Positions 10,460-20,319 of a stretch of 64,000 nucleotides of DNA are shown in pieces. A model generated the notes under the pieces. That model made no database searches. It was not told where the DNA came from and saw only the letters and a program-made list of their open reading frames with translations. Origin of the DNA: Planctomycetota bacterium (GTDB taxonomy: Bacteria; Planctomycetota; UBA1135; UBA2386). The stretch is from contig JBKAGP010000001.1 in assembly GCA_046290465.1 (NCBI GenBank), positions 5,568,001 through 5,632,000 of the forward strand. The letters are read 5' to 3'. The first letter of the stretch is position 1, and every line of letters begins with the position of its first letter. Position numbers and translations under genes: made by a program.

Positions 10460-11515
10460 ATGGTGCTGGCGATGTCGGCAGTCGACGGAGCACCCGGGTA
10501 CGGAAGCGGCGGCACCAGGCCGTGGTGGCGGCGCGTTGCGGGCCTCGTCGGGCTCGTCGCGGCGTGGACGCTGGCGGTGGTCTGGCTGGCGTGGGCGGCC
10601 GGTGCGCTGTGGTTCGACCTGCCGCCTTCGTGGCCGAGCGGCGTGCTGGCGATCGCCTACCTGGTCGCGACGGCCGCGGCCGCTGCGTTGGTCGGGCGCC
10701 GACGCCTGCTGGTGGTGCTGGCGTGCTGCGCGCTGGTCAACGCCGGCTGGCTGCTGCAGGCGCCGTCCAACGACCGCGACTGGCAGCCCAACGTCGCCGT
10801 GCAGGCCCACGCCGAACGCGACGGCGACGTCGTCACGCTGTACGGGGTCCGCAACACCGACTACCGCACCGAGCACGACTACACCGTGCGTCGCAAGACC
10901 CGCGTCGTGCGCCTGTCGCAGCTGCAGGGCGTCGACCTGTTCTTGTGCTACTGGGGCTCCCCGTGGATCGCGCACCCGTTCGTGAGCTTCCGGTTCGCGG
11001 ACGCCGAGCCGATCTGCTTCTCGATCGAGACCCGCATGGAGCGCGGCGAGAGCTACTCGACGTTCGGCGGCCTCTACCGCCGCTACGAACTGACCTACTC
11101 GGTCGGCGAGGAGCGCGACTTCGTCGGGCTGCGCGCGATCTGGCGCCAGGGTGAGGACGTCTACCTGTACCGGCTGCGGGTCGGGCCTGAGCGCGCGCGC
11201 GAGCTGTTCGTCGAGTACTGCGAGGCGTGCAACGAGCTGCGGCAGCACCCGCGCTTCTACAACGTGCTGACCAACAACTGCACGAGCAACATTCGCACGC
11301 ACATGGTCGCGACCGCCGAGCGGCCGCGGCCGTGGGACTGGCGCATCCTGATGAGCGGCAAGCTCGACGAACTGCTGCACGAGCGCGGCGGCCTGGTCTC
11401 GGAGCTGCCGATCGAGCAGCTCAAGCCGCGCTGCCTGGTCGACGACGCCGCGCGCCGCCACGTCGACGCGCCCGACTTCTCGCAGCGCATTCGGCAGGGC
11501 GTGCCCGGGTTCTGA
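10460..11515 (+). CDS. DUF4105 domain membrane protein (Lnb-like periplasmic domain)
   Basis: N-terminal TM helices; PSNDRDW, IAHPFVSF, SIETR, YNVLTNNCT. Confidence 0.8.
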   Translation: MVLAMSAVDGAPGYGSGGTRPWWRRVAGLVGLVAAWTLAVVWLAWAAGALWFDLPPSWPSGVLAIAYLVATAAAAALVGRRRLLVVLACCALVNAGWLLQAPSNDRDWQPNVAVQAHAERDGDVVTLYGVRNTDYRTEHDYTVRRKTRVVRLSQLQGVDLFLCYWGSPWIAHPFVSFRFADAEPICFSIETRMERGESYSTFGGLYRRYELTYSVGEERDFVGLRAIWRQGEDVYLYRLRVGPERARELFVEYCEACNELRQHPRFYNVLTNNCTSNIRTHMVATAERPRPWDWRILMSGKLDELLHERGGLVSELPIEQLKPRCLVDDAARRHVDAPDFSQRIRQGVPGF

Positions 11516-11623
11516 GCAGGGTTCTGAGCAGGGGTTCTGAAGAATCCGGCGGCCGGCCCCGCGCGAAGCTCGCCCCATCACGGCTACAATCGGCGGCTGC
11601 CCTGCCGGTCCGCCCGTTGTCCC

Positions 11624-12142
11624 ATGGCCTACAGCTACGCCGCCTTCGCGACCTTCCCGGATCGTGAGACCGCGCAGACCGCGCTGGTCGACCTGCCCGA
11701 CTTCGGCCTCGGCTACGTCAAGGTCAAGCTGTTCGAGTGCCGTTCGCGCGACTCGCAGGCGACGATCCTGGACGGCCTGATGAGCAACGGCACCTGGGCC
11801 GAGTCGGACGGCCGGCGCGGGCTCACCATCGGCCTCGGGCTCGGCGGCTCGGTCGGCGCCGTCGCCGGCTGCCTGGTCTGGAGCGTGCTCGAGATGTCGG
11901 CGTGGAACGGGCTGATGTTCGGCACGTTCATGGGGCTGTTGTTCGGCGCGGTGGTGTCCGGCATCGTCGGCGCCGGCCTCGTCAACCCGCGGCTGGTGCG
12001 CACCGTGCACGCGCTCGAGAACGGCCAGGTGCTGGTCTCGGTGTCGTGCCGCACGCGCGACGAGCACGCGATGGCGATGCGGCTGCTGCGCACCGGCTGC
12101 CTGCAGCTGGAGACCGACCGGCCGCGGCGCCTGCCGGCCTGA
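11624..12142 (+). CDS. Hypothetical membrane protein (Gly-rich TM hairpin)
   Basis: GC3-rich ORF with two Gly-rich hydrophobic helices flanked by soluble alpha/beta segments. Confidence 0.65.
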   Translation: MAYSYAAFATFPDRETAQTALVDLPDFGLGYVKVKLFECRSRDSQATILDGLMSNGTWAESDGRRGLTIGLGLGGSVGAVAGCLVWSVLEMSAWNGLMFGTFMGLLFGAVVSGIVGAGLVNPRLVRTVHALENGQVLVSVSCRTRDEHAMAMRLLRTGCLQLETDRPRRLPA

Positions 12143-12205
12143 CGCCTCGCGGGTGCTGGCCGCCCGCCGGTGGTCGTCGACACGGCGGCGCCTTACGCTG
12201 TCGGC

Positions 12206-12571
12206 ATGATCCGCAACCTCGTGTTCCCGTCTGCGATCGCGCTGACCCTGGTGTTCGGCGCGTGCACCTCCGAGAAGCCCAGCAACCAGGGTTCGCCGAA
12301 CCAGCAGGCTCCCAAGCCCGAGGCGTCGGCGGTCAGCGATCGCGTGGTCGCCGAGGCGGCGACGTTCGACGCCAAGTGCGGCTGCTCGATCGAGGGCGTC
12401 GGCCACTGCGGCAACTTCGTCATGATCGACGGCCACTACATCCCGATCGTGCATGCGAGCCTCGGCCGCATGGAGTGGTGCGGCAAGAAGGACTCGGGCG
12501 CCAAGATCGAGGCGAGCGGCGAGATCAAGGACGGCAAGTTCGTCGCCAAGCAGATCAAGACGCTGGAGTAG
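12206..12571 (+). CDS. Small Cys/His-containing lipoprotein (DUF6370-like, possible metal binding)
   Basis: FGAC lipobox; CGC...HC...IDG...H...WC...GEIKDGKF pattern. Confidence 0.6.
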   Translation: MIRNLVFPSAIALTLVFGACTSEKPSNQGSPNQQAPKPEASAVSDRVVAEAATFDAKCGCSIEGVGHCGNFVMIDGHYIPIVHASLGRMEWCGKKDSGAKIEASGEIKDGKFVAKQIKTLE

Positions 12572-12575
12572 CCAC

Positions 12576-14180
12576 GTGCGCGCCACGCCCCTGCGCCGGT
12601 TGGCCGCCGCAGCCCTGCTCTGCTGCGCGTCGGTCGCGGCGCAGCAGCTGCCGAACGTCGTGATCGTCTACGCCGACGATCTCGGCTACGGCGACCTGTC
12701 CTGCTACAACGCCAAGGCCGCCTGCCGCACGCCGCACCTCGACCGGATGGCGGCCGAGGGGGTGCGCTTCACCGACGCGCACAGCCCGTCGACGATCTGC
12801 AGTCCGTCGCGCTACGGCCTGCTGTCGGGCCAGCAGATCTACCGTTCGACCGGTCGCGGCGGCGGCGCGTGGGAGGGGCCGGGCGGCCCGAGCTACCTCA
12901 AGCCCGGCACCCTGACGCTGGCGCAGATGCTGCAGCAGAAGGGCTACCGCACCGGCGTGTTCGGCAAGTGGCACGTCGGGCTGACCTGGCTCGACCAGGA
13001 CGGCAACAAGCTCGGCGGCGGCTTCGAGAACTCGCTGCGCATCGACTACGAGAAGAGCACGCCGCTGGTCGACGGCCCCAACGCACGCGGCTTCGACGAG
13101 TCGTTCGTGACGCCCAACTGTCCGACCACCGACCCGCTCTACATCTACATCGAGAACGGCATGGTGCCGGTGCCCGCGAGCAAGCGGCACAAGCGCAAGA
13201 CCCTGCCGAACCCGGGCGGCAAGTGGCGTTGGGACAACGACGAGGGCTGGATGGCGGAGGGCTACGAGTTCGTCGAGGCGGACCTGCTGTTCTTCGCCAA
13301 GGCCGAGGCGTTCGTCACCGAACACCGCGCCAAGGCGCCGGAGCAGCCGTTCTTCCTGTTGTTGTCGACGCAGATCTGCCACGCGCCGGTGCTGCCGGCC
13401 AAGGAGTTCGCGAACCGGAGCAAGGGCGGCCCGCGCGGCGACTTCGTCGAAGAGCTCGACGCGCTGGTGGGGCGGATGTTCACGCTGCTCGAGCAGCAGG
13501 GAATTGCCGACGACACGATCGTGCTGTTCCACAGCGACAACGGCCCCGAGACGATCCACACCGCGTGGATGCGCAAGGACCACGACCACGACGCCGCCGG
13601 CGGCTGGCGCGGGGTCAAGCGCGACGGCTGGGAGGGCGGCCACCGGGTGCCGCTGTTGGCGTGGTGGCCCGGGCGCTTCCCGGCCGGGCTGGTCACCGAC
13701 CAGATGACCAACACGACCGACATGTTCGCGACGCTGGCGTCGGTGGTGGGGTTTGCGCTGCCCGACGAGCAGGCGCGCGACAGCTTCGACATGCTGCCGG
13801 CGATGCTCGGCGTGCAGCCGCCCGACGAGAGCATCCGCCCGCACTTGTTGACCCAGAGCTTCCGCGGCGAGTTCCAGCTGCGCGTCGGTTCGTGGAAGTA
13901 CCTCGACCACCGGGGCTCGGGCGGCAACCGCTACGACCGCGGCGCGATGAAGGAGTACGCGCTGCCCGAGAAGGAGCCGGACGCCAGCGGCCAGCTCTAC
14001 GACCTCGCCGAGGATCCGGGCGAGACCGACAACCTGTTCTTCCGCGAACGGGCGCGCCGCCAGCGCATGCAGGCGCTGCTGCAGGAGCTCAAGCAGAGCG
14101 GGCGCAGTGCGCCGAAGGGGCGCCGACCGCTCGGGCCGGCGGGGGTCGCGGCGGCCGTCGCCGAGCGCGAACGGCGCTAG
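12576..14180 (+). CDS. Arylsulfatase (Cys-type, formylglycine-dependent)
   Basis: PNVVIVYADDLGYGD, CSPSR, GKWHVG, SDNG, WEGGHRVP, LYDLAEDPGE; signal peptide; GTG start. Confidence 0.93.
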   Translation: MRATPLRRLAAAALLCCASVAAQQLPNVVIVYADDLGYGDLSCYNAKAACRTPHLDRMAAEGVRFTDAHSPSTICSPSRYGLLSGQQIYRSTGRGGGAWEGPGGPSYLKPGTLTLAQMLQQKGYRTGVFGKWHVGLTWLDQDGNKLGGGFENSLRIDYEKSTPLVDGPNARGFDESFVTPNCPTTDPLYIYIENGMVPVPASKRHKRKTLPNPGGKWRWDNDEGWMAEGYEFVEADLLFFAKAEAFVTEHRAKAPEQPFFLLLSTQICHAPVLPAKEFANRSKGGPRGDFVEELDALVGRMFTLLEQQGIADDTIVLFHSDNGPETIHTAWMRKDHDHDAAGGWRGVKRDGWEGGHRVPLLAWWPGRFPAGLVTDQMTNTTDMFATLASVVGFALPDEQARDSFDMLPAMLGVQPPDESIRPHLLTQSFRGEFQLRVGSWKYLDHRGSGGNRYDRGAMKEYALPEKEPDASGQLYDLAEDPGETDNLFFRERARRQRMQALLQELKQSGRSAPKGRRPLGPAGVAAAVAERERR

Positions 14181-14265
14181 CAGCGGGTTGCGCGCAAGCG
14201 CGCCGCGCGCCGGACTTCTTGTCACCGGTCGCATCCGCCTGCGGATCCTCTGCGATCACGTCTCC

Positions 14266-14793
14266 GTGACTCCTCCCGCCATCGCACCCGCCGAGCCTCT
14301 CGCGGCGCGCGCCTTCGCGATCCGCGTCGAGAAGGAGCACCTGAAGTTCAGCGCGGCGCACTTTCTGATCTTCGCCGACGGCACCGCCGAACGGCTGCAC
14401 GGGCACAACTACCGCGTCGCGGTCGAACTCGAGGCGGCGGCGCTGGAGCACGGCGTGATCGTCGACTTCCTGGTCGTCAAGCAGCTGCTGGCGGCGCTGC
14501 TCGAGCGGCTCGACGAACGCTTCCTGGTGCCGGGGCGCAACGAACTGCTGACCTTCGAAGAACACGACGACGAACTCACCGTGCGCTTCGATCGCCGTCG
14601 CTACGTGGTGCCGGTCGACGAAGTCGTCGTGCTGCCGATCACCAACACCAGCACCGAAGAGCTGGCCGGCTACCTCGCCAACGAACTGCTGCGCGGCCTC
14701 CGCGACTCCGTCCCCGACGTGAGCTGGGCGCGCATCGAGGTCGGCGTCGAGGAGACCTCGGGGCAGCGCGGCCTCTGCATCCTGCGACCATGA
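14266..14793 (+). CDS. 6-pyruvoyl-tetrahydropterin synthase family protein, PTPS-III-type active site (ExxHGH, no Cys)
   Basis: FSAAHF...[29 protein letters not shown] overlap with folE. Confidence 0.82.
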   Translation: MTPPAIAPAEPLAARAFAIRVEKEHLKFSAAHFLIFADGTAERLHGHNYRVAVELEAAALEHGVIVDFLVVKQLLAALLERLDERFLVPGRNELLTFEEHDDELTVRFDRRRYVVPVDEVVVLPITNTSTEELAGYLANELLRGLRDSVPDVSWARIEVGVEETSGQRGLCILRP

Positions 14794-15413
14794 CCGAACT
14801 GCTGCCGATCCGAGAGTCCGCCCGTCCGCGTGCGGTGTCCACCCGTCCGACGCGTGCCGAGGCGGTCGCCGCGATCCGCACGCTGCTGCGCTGGATCGGC
14901 GAGGACCCGGAGCGCGAAGGCCTGCTCGAGACGCCGGATCGGGTGCTGCGCGCCTACGACGAGGTGTTCCAGGGCTATGGCCAGGATCCCGCCGACGTGC
15001 TCGCCAAGACGTTCGACGAGACCGCGTCCTACAACGGGGCGGTCGTCGTGCGCGACATCGCGGTGCGCTCGCACTGCGAGCACCACATGGTGCCGTTCGT
15101 CGGCCGCGCGCACGTCGCCTACCTGCCCGACCAGAAGGTCGTCGGCCTCAGCAAGCTCGCGCGCCTGGTCGACGGCTACGCCCGCCGCCTGCAGATCCAG
15201 GAACGGCTGACCGCCGAGATCGCGACGTCGCTGATGACGGCGCTGCGCCCGCGCGGCGTCGCCGTCGTCGTCGAGGCCGAGCACCACTGCATGACGATGC
15301 GCGGCGTGCGCAACCCCGGCGCGCTGACCGTCACCCAGCACCTGTGCGGCGTCTACGAGCAGGACCGGGAGCTGCGCGCCGAGATCGTGCACGAGCTGCG
15401 CCGCGATCGCTGA
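14790..15413 (+). CDS. folE: GTP cyclohydrolase I
   Basis: [44 protein letters not shown]. Confidence 0.97.
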   Translation: MTELLPIRESARPRAVSTRPTRAEAVAAIRTLLRWIGEDPEREGLLETPDRVLRAYDEVFQGYGQDPADVLAKTFDETASYNGAVVVRDIAVRSHCEHHMVPFVGRAHVAYLPDQKVVGLSKLARLVDGYARRLQIQERLTAEIATSLMTALRPRGVAVVVEAEHHCMTMRGVRNPGALTVTQHLCGVYEQDRELRAEIVHELRRDR

Positions 15414-15595
15414 CGGGCCGGCGCATCGGCGCAGGTCGGGCGCGCGTCTGTTGTAACGCCGCGGGAACGCGCTGTCGCAGGACGGTGCCAGCGTGACCAC
15501 GCACAGTTGCGGAGATCGGCGGTGCATGTGTGCACCCGCCGCCGTCGGGCGCGCGTCGCCAGGCATCGCGGCATGACGGTTGCTCTGTCGGCCGC

Positions 15596-16552
15596 GTGAT
15601 CCAATCCTCCCTGCGCGTTCCGTCCTGCATCGCGGCCTCGCTGACCGTCGTCCTGTTCGCCGCGGTCGCGTGCCACGCGGCCGGCCACCCCGCCGTCGAA
15701 GTCGTCGCACCGGCGGTCGACGCGACCGAGGCCGTCGACCTGCCCGGCCTGCACAACGTCGTCAGCTACGGGGATCAGATCGTCTGCGGCGGCGTGCCCG
15801 AGGGGCGGCGGGGGCTCGAAGTGCTGCGCGCCATGGGGATCCGCACGGTCGTGTCGGTCGACGGTGCGACCCCGGACGTCGCGACCGCCGAGCAGCTCGG
15901 TCTGCGCTACGTGCACCTGCCGATCAGCTACGACACGGTGACCCGCGAACGGCAGCGCGAGCTGGCCCAGGTGCTGGTCCACGCCGAGCGGCCGATCTAC
16001 ATGCACTGCCACCACGGCAAGCACCGCAGCGCCGCGGCGCTGGCCAGCGCGATGGTGATGTCGGGCACGATGGGGGTCGAGCAGGCCTGCGCGCGCATGT
16101 CCGTGTCCGGCACCTCGCCGAGCTACGAGGGGCTGTGGGAGGCCGTGCGCAGCGCTTCGGCGTTGCCGGCCGAACAGCTGCAGGCCGACATGGCGCAGTT
16201 CCCGTCGGTCGCCGAGGTCAGCGGCATGGTCGGCCTGATGGCCGAGGTCGACGAGGTGATCGACCTGGTGCGCCAGTCGCACGAAGCGGGCTGGCGGGCG
16301 CCCCAGGACCACCCGGACCTGGTCGCCGAGCACGAGACTCGTCGGCTGGCGAGGCTGTTCGCCGACATGCAGCAGGACGAGGAGAGCCGCACCTATCCCG
16401 ACGACTACCAGCAGATGCTCGCGCACAGCATCGACCTGAGCCAACGGCTCGACCAGCGCGTGCGCGCCGGGGACGCCATCGAGGCCGGCAAGCTGCTGGC
16501 GGCGATCGGCACGTCGTGCAAGGCGTGCCACAAGGTCTACCGCAACCGCTGA
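15596..16552 (+). CDS. Secreted tyrosine/dual-specificity-phosphatase-like (CX5R) domain fused to C-terminal cytochrome c'-like domain
   Basis: GIRTVVSVD, YVHLPI, IYMHCHHGKHRS; helical C-domain ending SCKACHKVYRNR; hydrophobic N-terminus; start uncertain. Confidence 0.75.
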   Translation: MIQSSLRVPSCIAASLTVVLFAAVACHAAGHPAVEVVAPAVDATEAVDLPGLHNVVSYGDQIVCGGVPEGRRGLEVLRAMGIRTVVSVDGATPDVATAEQLGLRYVHLPISYDTVTRERQRELAQVLVHAERPIYMHCHHGKHRSAAALASAMVMSGTMGVEQACARMSVSGTSPSYEGLWEAVRSASALPAEQLQADMAQFPSVAEVSGMVGLMAEVDEVIDLVRQSHEAGWRAPQDHPDLVAEHETRRLARLFADMQQDEESRTYPDDYQQMLAHSIDLSQRLDQRVRAGDAIEAGKLLAAIGTSCKACHKVYRNR

Positions 16553-16655
16553 TCCGTCCCGTTCGCCCCGCAACTCCTCGCCGTCGATGCCGATTGCTCC
16601 GATGCCCTCCTTCGCCCTGATCCCGTCCGCCCGTTCGTCGTCTGCTCCGTCCCGC

Positions 16656-17693
16656 ATGGCATGGCGATGGCTGGCCCTTCGTTGGCTGGCCCTTCGTTGG
16701 CTGGCCCTGTGCACGCTGCTGGCAGGATGCAGCAGCAAGGTGTCCGGTCCGAGCATCTACGTCGCGCTCGACCAGCAGTTCAGCGAACGCGTGCTCGACG
16801 GGTTCGCCGGCGAACTCGGCATCGAACTGCGGCAGCGGCACGACGCCGAAAGCAACAAGACCGTCGGCCTGGTCACGGCGATCCTCGAGGATCGCGACCA
16901 CCAGCGCTGCACGGTGTTCTGGAACAACGAGGTCGCGCACACCGCCAGCCTCGCCGAGAAGGGGGTGCTCGAGCCGTACGTCTCGCCCAACGCCGCCGAC
17001 GTGCCGGCGCAGTGGAAGGACCCGAAGGGGCGCTGGACGGCGTTCGCCGCGCGCGCGCGCATCCTGATCGTCAACACCGAGCTGCTGCCCGATCCGTCGA
17101 CTTGGCCGACCAGCTACCGCGATCTGGCCGATCCGAAGTGGAAGGGCCGCTGCGCGATCGCGCGGCCGAAGACCGGCACCACGATGACGCACTTCACGGC
17201 GCTGTGGCAGCTGCTCGGCGACGAGGGGTTGCGGCGTTGGATCGCCGACATGCAGGACAACGACGTCGCGTTCCTCGGCAGCAACGGCGCGACCATGCGC
17301 GCGGTGCGGGACGGCACCAAGGCGTTTGCGTTCACCGACACCGACGACTACCACGTCGCCCGGCTCAAGGGCTTCCCGGTGGCGGCGGTGTTCCCCGACC
17401 AGGGCCCGGACGGCATCGGCACGATGCTGATCCCCAACTCGGTTGCGCTGGTGCGCGGCGGCCCCGACCAGGAGAACGGCAAGCGTCTGATCGACAAGAT
17501 CCTCGAACGTGCCACCGAGGCGCTGCTCGCCGCCGCCGACAGCGCGCAGATCCCGCTGCGCGACGGGGTGCCCGGCCCTGCCGAGCCGTCGATCCCAAAG
17601 CTCGGCGAGTTCCGCCAGATGCAGTGGGACATCACCTGGACCGGCAACCACCTCGGTCGCTTCCAACAGGAGATCCTGCCGCTGTTCCTGTAG
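16656..17693 (+). CDS. Fe(III)-type ABC transporter substrate-binding lipoprotein
   Basis: LAGC lipobox; RARILIVN, DLADPKWKG, TDTDD, LIPNSVALV (FbpA/AfuA/FutA family). Confidence 0.85.
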   Translation: MAWRWLALRWLALRWLALCTLLAGCSSKVSGPSIYVALDQQFSERVLDGFAGELGIELRQRHDAESNKTVGLVTAILEDRDHQRCTVFWNNEVAHTASLAEKGVLEPYVSPNAADVPAQWKDPKGRWTAFAARARILIVNTELLPDPSTWPTSYRDLADPKWKGRCAIARPKTGTTMTHFTALWQLLGDEGLRRWIADMQDNDVAFLGSNGATMRAVRDGTKAFAFTDTDDYHVARLKGFPVAAVFPDQGPDGIGTMLIPNSVALVRGGPDQENGKRLIDKILERATEALLAAADSAQIPLRDGVPGPAEPSIPKLGEFRQMQWDITWTGNHLGRFQQEILPLFL

Positions 17694-17711
17694 GGAACGG
17701 CGCGGACCGCG

Positions 17712-19298
17712 ATGGTCTCGAAACGGTTCGATCCGGCGAAGGCGCCGCTGTGGTTGGCGCTGGGGTTCCTCCTGGTGTTCGTCTTCGTGCCGCTGGCGGC
17801 GCTCGCGTACGGAACGGTCGCGGGGCCCGACGGCTTCACGCTCGACGCATGGCGCGCGCTGTTCGACGACGACAAGGCCCAGACGCAGCTGCTGGCGTCA
17901 CTGCGGCTCGGCGTCGCGGCGACGGCGTTGTCGGCCCTGCTCGGCGCCGGCCACGCCTGGCTGACCTGCGTCTGCCGCCTGCCCGGCCGTCGCTGGCTGG
18001 CGCCGCTCGGCGTCGCGCCGCTGGCGGTGCCGCCGATCTTCGTCGCGATGGGGTTCACCGACTTCTTCGGCGACGTCAGTGGCTTCTGGCCGTGCGCGCT
18101 GCTGCTCGGGGTCGCGCACGCGCCGTTCGTCGCGGTGTTGGCTGCGCGCGGGCTGCGCGCCGCCGATGGCCGCGCCTACGAGGCAGCGCTGCTGCTGCGC
18201 GGTCGCGGCCCGGCGGATCGCATGCTGCTGCGCAGCGTGATGCCGGAGCTGCTGGCGGGCTGTCTGCTGGCGTTCCTGTTCACGGTCGCCGACCACGGCG
18301 TGCCCGAGTTCTTGACCGTCAAGGGCAAGACCTGGCACACCTACGCCGAAGGCATCTTCTCGCGCTGGACGCGGCGGGCGGTGGGCACCACGTTTGCCGA
18401 ACTGCAGGCGCCGATCGTCGCCGCGCTGCCGTTCGTCGTCGGGCTCGGCTGCCTGCTGTGGGCGGCGCTGCGGCTGCGCGCCGGCGCGCCGGACCGCGGT
18501 GTGGTGCGACCGGTGCCGGCGCAGGAGCTCGGCCGCTGGCGCTGGCCGGCGCTGCTGTTGCCGCTGGTCTACCTCGGCGCGGGCATCGTGCTGCCGGTGG
18601 TCGTGCTGGTGCGCTGGGTATTCGGATCGGCCCAGCGGCGCGAACCGATGGGCCTCGACTACGCACGCGAGAGCTGGGCCAAGGCGATGGACCAGGGCCT
18701 GCCCGACCTGCTGCACTCGCTGTGGCTGGCGCTGGCGGTCGGCGCTCTGGTCGTGCTGCTCGCGATCCCGCTGGCGCGCCAGTCGGCGCGGCGCTGGCCG
18801 TTCCTCGACGTGCTGGCCGCGATGCCGGCCGCGATGCCGGCGATCCTGCTCGGCATCTCGCTGGTGCACACCTTCAACGCCTTCGAGCTGCGCGACGGCT
18901 GGCCGTTCGCGGCGGCCGGCTACGCGGCTCGGCTGCTGCCGTTCGCGGCGATCACGCTGGCGGCACAGGTGCGCCGGCAGCCGCTGGCGGCCGAGGAGGC
19001 GGGCCGGTTCGTGCCCCGTTCGGCGACGGCCCGCGGCCTGCGTCTGCACGTCGCGCCGCTGCTGCCGGCGGCGTGGAGCGCGTTCGTACTGACCTTCGTG
19101 CTGGCGCTGCGCGAACTCGATCTGGCCGTCGTGCTGCCGGCCGCCAACGCCACCGCGGTTCGCCGCCTGGCCAACGCCGTGCACTTCCAGCACGAGGACT
19201 GGAGCGGCGTCATCGCGCTGCTGATCCTGAGCTTCGCGGTGCTGATGCCGCTGATCCCGAGCCTGTTGCTGGGTCGCCGACCCACGTCCCTGTCGTAG
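17712..19298 (+). CDS. Fe(III)-type ABC transporter permease (two fused halves)
   Basis: Many TM helices; EAA-like motifs YEAA and AEEAG; LRELD. Confidence 0.85.
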   Translation: MVSKRFDPAKAPLWLALGFLLVFVFVPLAALAYGTVAGPDGFTLDAWRALFDDDKAQTQLLASLRLGVAATALSALLGAGHAWLTCVCRLPGRRWLAPLGVAPLAVPPIFVAMGFTDFFGDVSGFWPCALLLGVAHAPFVAVLAARGLRAADGRAYEAALLLRGRGPADRMLLRSVMPELLAGCLLAFLFTVADHGVPEFLTVKGKTWHTYAEGIFSRWTRRAVGTTFAELQAPIVAALPFVVGLGCLLWAALRLRAGAPDRGVVRPVPAQELGRWRWPALLLPLVYLGAGIVLPVVVLVRWVFGSAQRREPMGLDYARESWAKAMDQGLPDLLHSLWLALAVGALVVLLAIPLARQSARRWPFLDVLAAMPAAMPAILLGISLVHTFNAFELRDGWPFAAAGYAARLLPFAAITLAAQVRRQPLAAEEAGRFVPRSATARGLRLHVAPLLPAAWSAFVLTFVLALRELDLAVVLPAANATAVRRLANAVHFQHEDWSGVIALLILSFAVLMPLIPSLLLGRRPTSLS

Positions 19299-19305
19299 CC
19301 TCGCC

Positions 19306-20319
19306 GTGACCCTCGACGTCCACATCGAACGACTCCACTGCCGCCGCGGCCACTTCACGCTCGGTCCACTGTCGCTGCAGATCCCCGCCTCGGCGCGTGT
19401 CGCGATCGTCGGCCCGTCGGGCTCCGGCAAGACCACGCTGCTGCGCTGCCTCGCCGGCCTCGAACGGCCCGGCGCCGGCACCATCCGGATCGGGGGCCGC
19501 ACCGTCTTCGACGATGGCACCGACCTTCCGCCCGCCGAACGAGAACTCGGGCTGGTGTTCCAGGATGGTGCCCTGTGGCCGCACATGAACGCGCTGCAGC
19601 ACCTGTGCTTCGCAGCACCGGGGCTGGCTCGGAACGACGCGCGCGCGCTGCTCGCGCGCGGCGGGCTCGGCGGCCACGAGGGCAAGAAGCCGGCGCAGCT
19701 GTCGGGCGGCGAGGCGCAGCGGCTCGGCCTGCTGCGCGCGCTCGCGCCCGCGCCGAAGGTGCTGCTGCTCGACGAGCCGCTGCGTTCGGTCGACGTGCAC
19801 CAGCGCGACGGCCTGGTCCTGCTGGTTCGCGAACTGTGCGACGAAGGAGCGGTCACGACGATCCTGGTCACGCATGATCGCGACGAGGCGCTGGCGCTGG
19901 CCGACCACCTGGTCGTGATGCGCGACGGCGCGCTGGTCGAGCAGGGGGCCGCGGTCGACCTGCTCGAACGGCCGCGCACCGCGTTCACGGCGTCGTTCCT
20001 GCGCGGCGCCGCGTGCCTGTCGGTTCGATCCGACGGCGACGGTGCCGCGACGGTCTTCGGGCGGCTGCCGCTGGCGCCGGTCGGAGCCGACGCGCAGCGG
20101 CTGGTCGTGTTCCCGGGCGAGGCGGTCGTCGACGACCACGGCCCTGCCGAGGGCCGCGTGCTGGCAGTGCTGCCCGGCGAAGGCGGCGGGCTGCGCGTGC
20201 GCGCCGCCGTCGAGGACCAGATCGTCGTCGCCCGCGCCGACACCGCCCCGGTCGGTGCCGCCGTGCGCCTGCGCCTCGCGGTGCCGCCGCGCCTGCTGCC
20301 CCAAGTCATCGAATCATGA
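19306..20319 (+). CDS. ABC transporter ATP-binding protein (FbpC-like)
   Basis: GPSGSGKTT, VFQD, LSGGEAQR, LLLDEP, VTHD. Confidence 0.93.
   Translation: MTLDVHIERLHCRRGHFTLGPLSLQIPASARVAIVGPSGSGKTTLLRCLAGLERPGAGTIRIGGRTVFDDGTDLPPAERELGLVFQDGALWPHMNALQHLCFAAPGLARNDARALLARGGLGGHEGKKPAQLSGGEAQRLGLLRALAPAPKVLLLDEPLRSVDVHQRDGLVLLVRELCDEGAVTTILVTHDRDEALALADHLVVMRDGALVEQGAAVDLLERPRTAFTASFLRGAACLSVRSDGDGAATVFGRLPLAPVGADAQRLVVFPGEAVVDDHGPAEGRVLAVLPGEGGGLRVRAAVEDQIVVARADTAPVGAAVRLRLAVPPRLLPQVIES

Noticed and set aside
11507..11540. GGGTTCTGAGCA x~3 at the DUF4105 stop codon
   Set aside because: Real but short slippage duplication of the gene end; no evidence of function
14266..14793. Annotation as queD or part of a 7-deazaguanine DNA-modification (dpd) system
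   Set aside because: Lacks the catalytic Cys, and no queC/queE/dpdA genes are nearby
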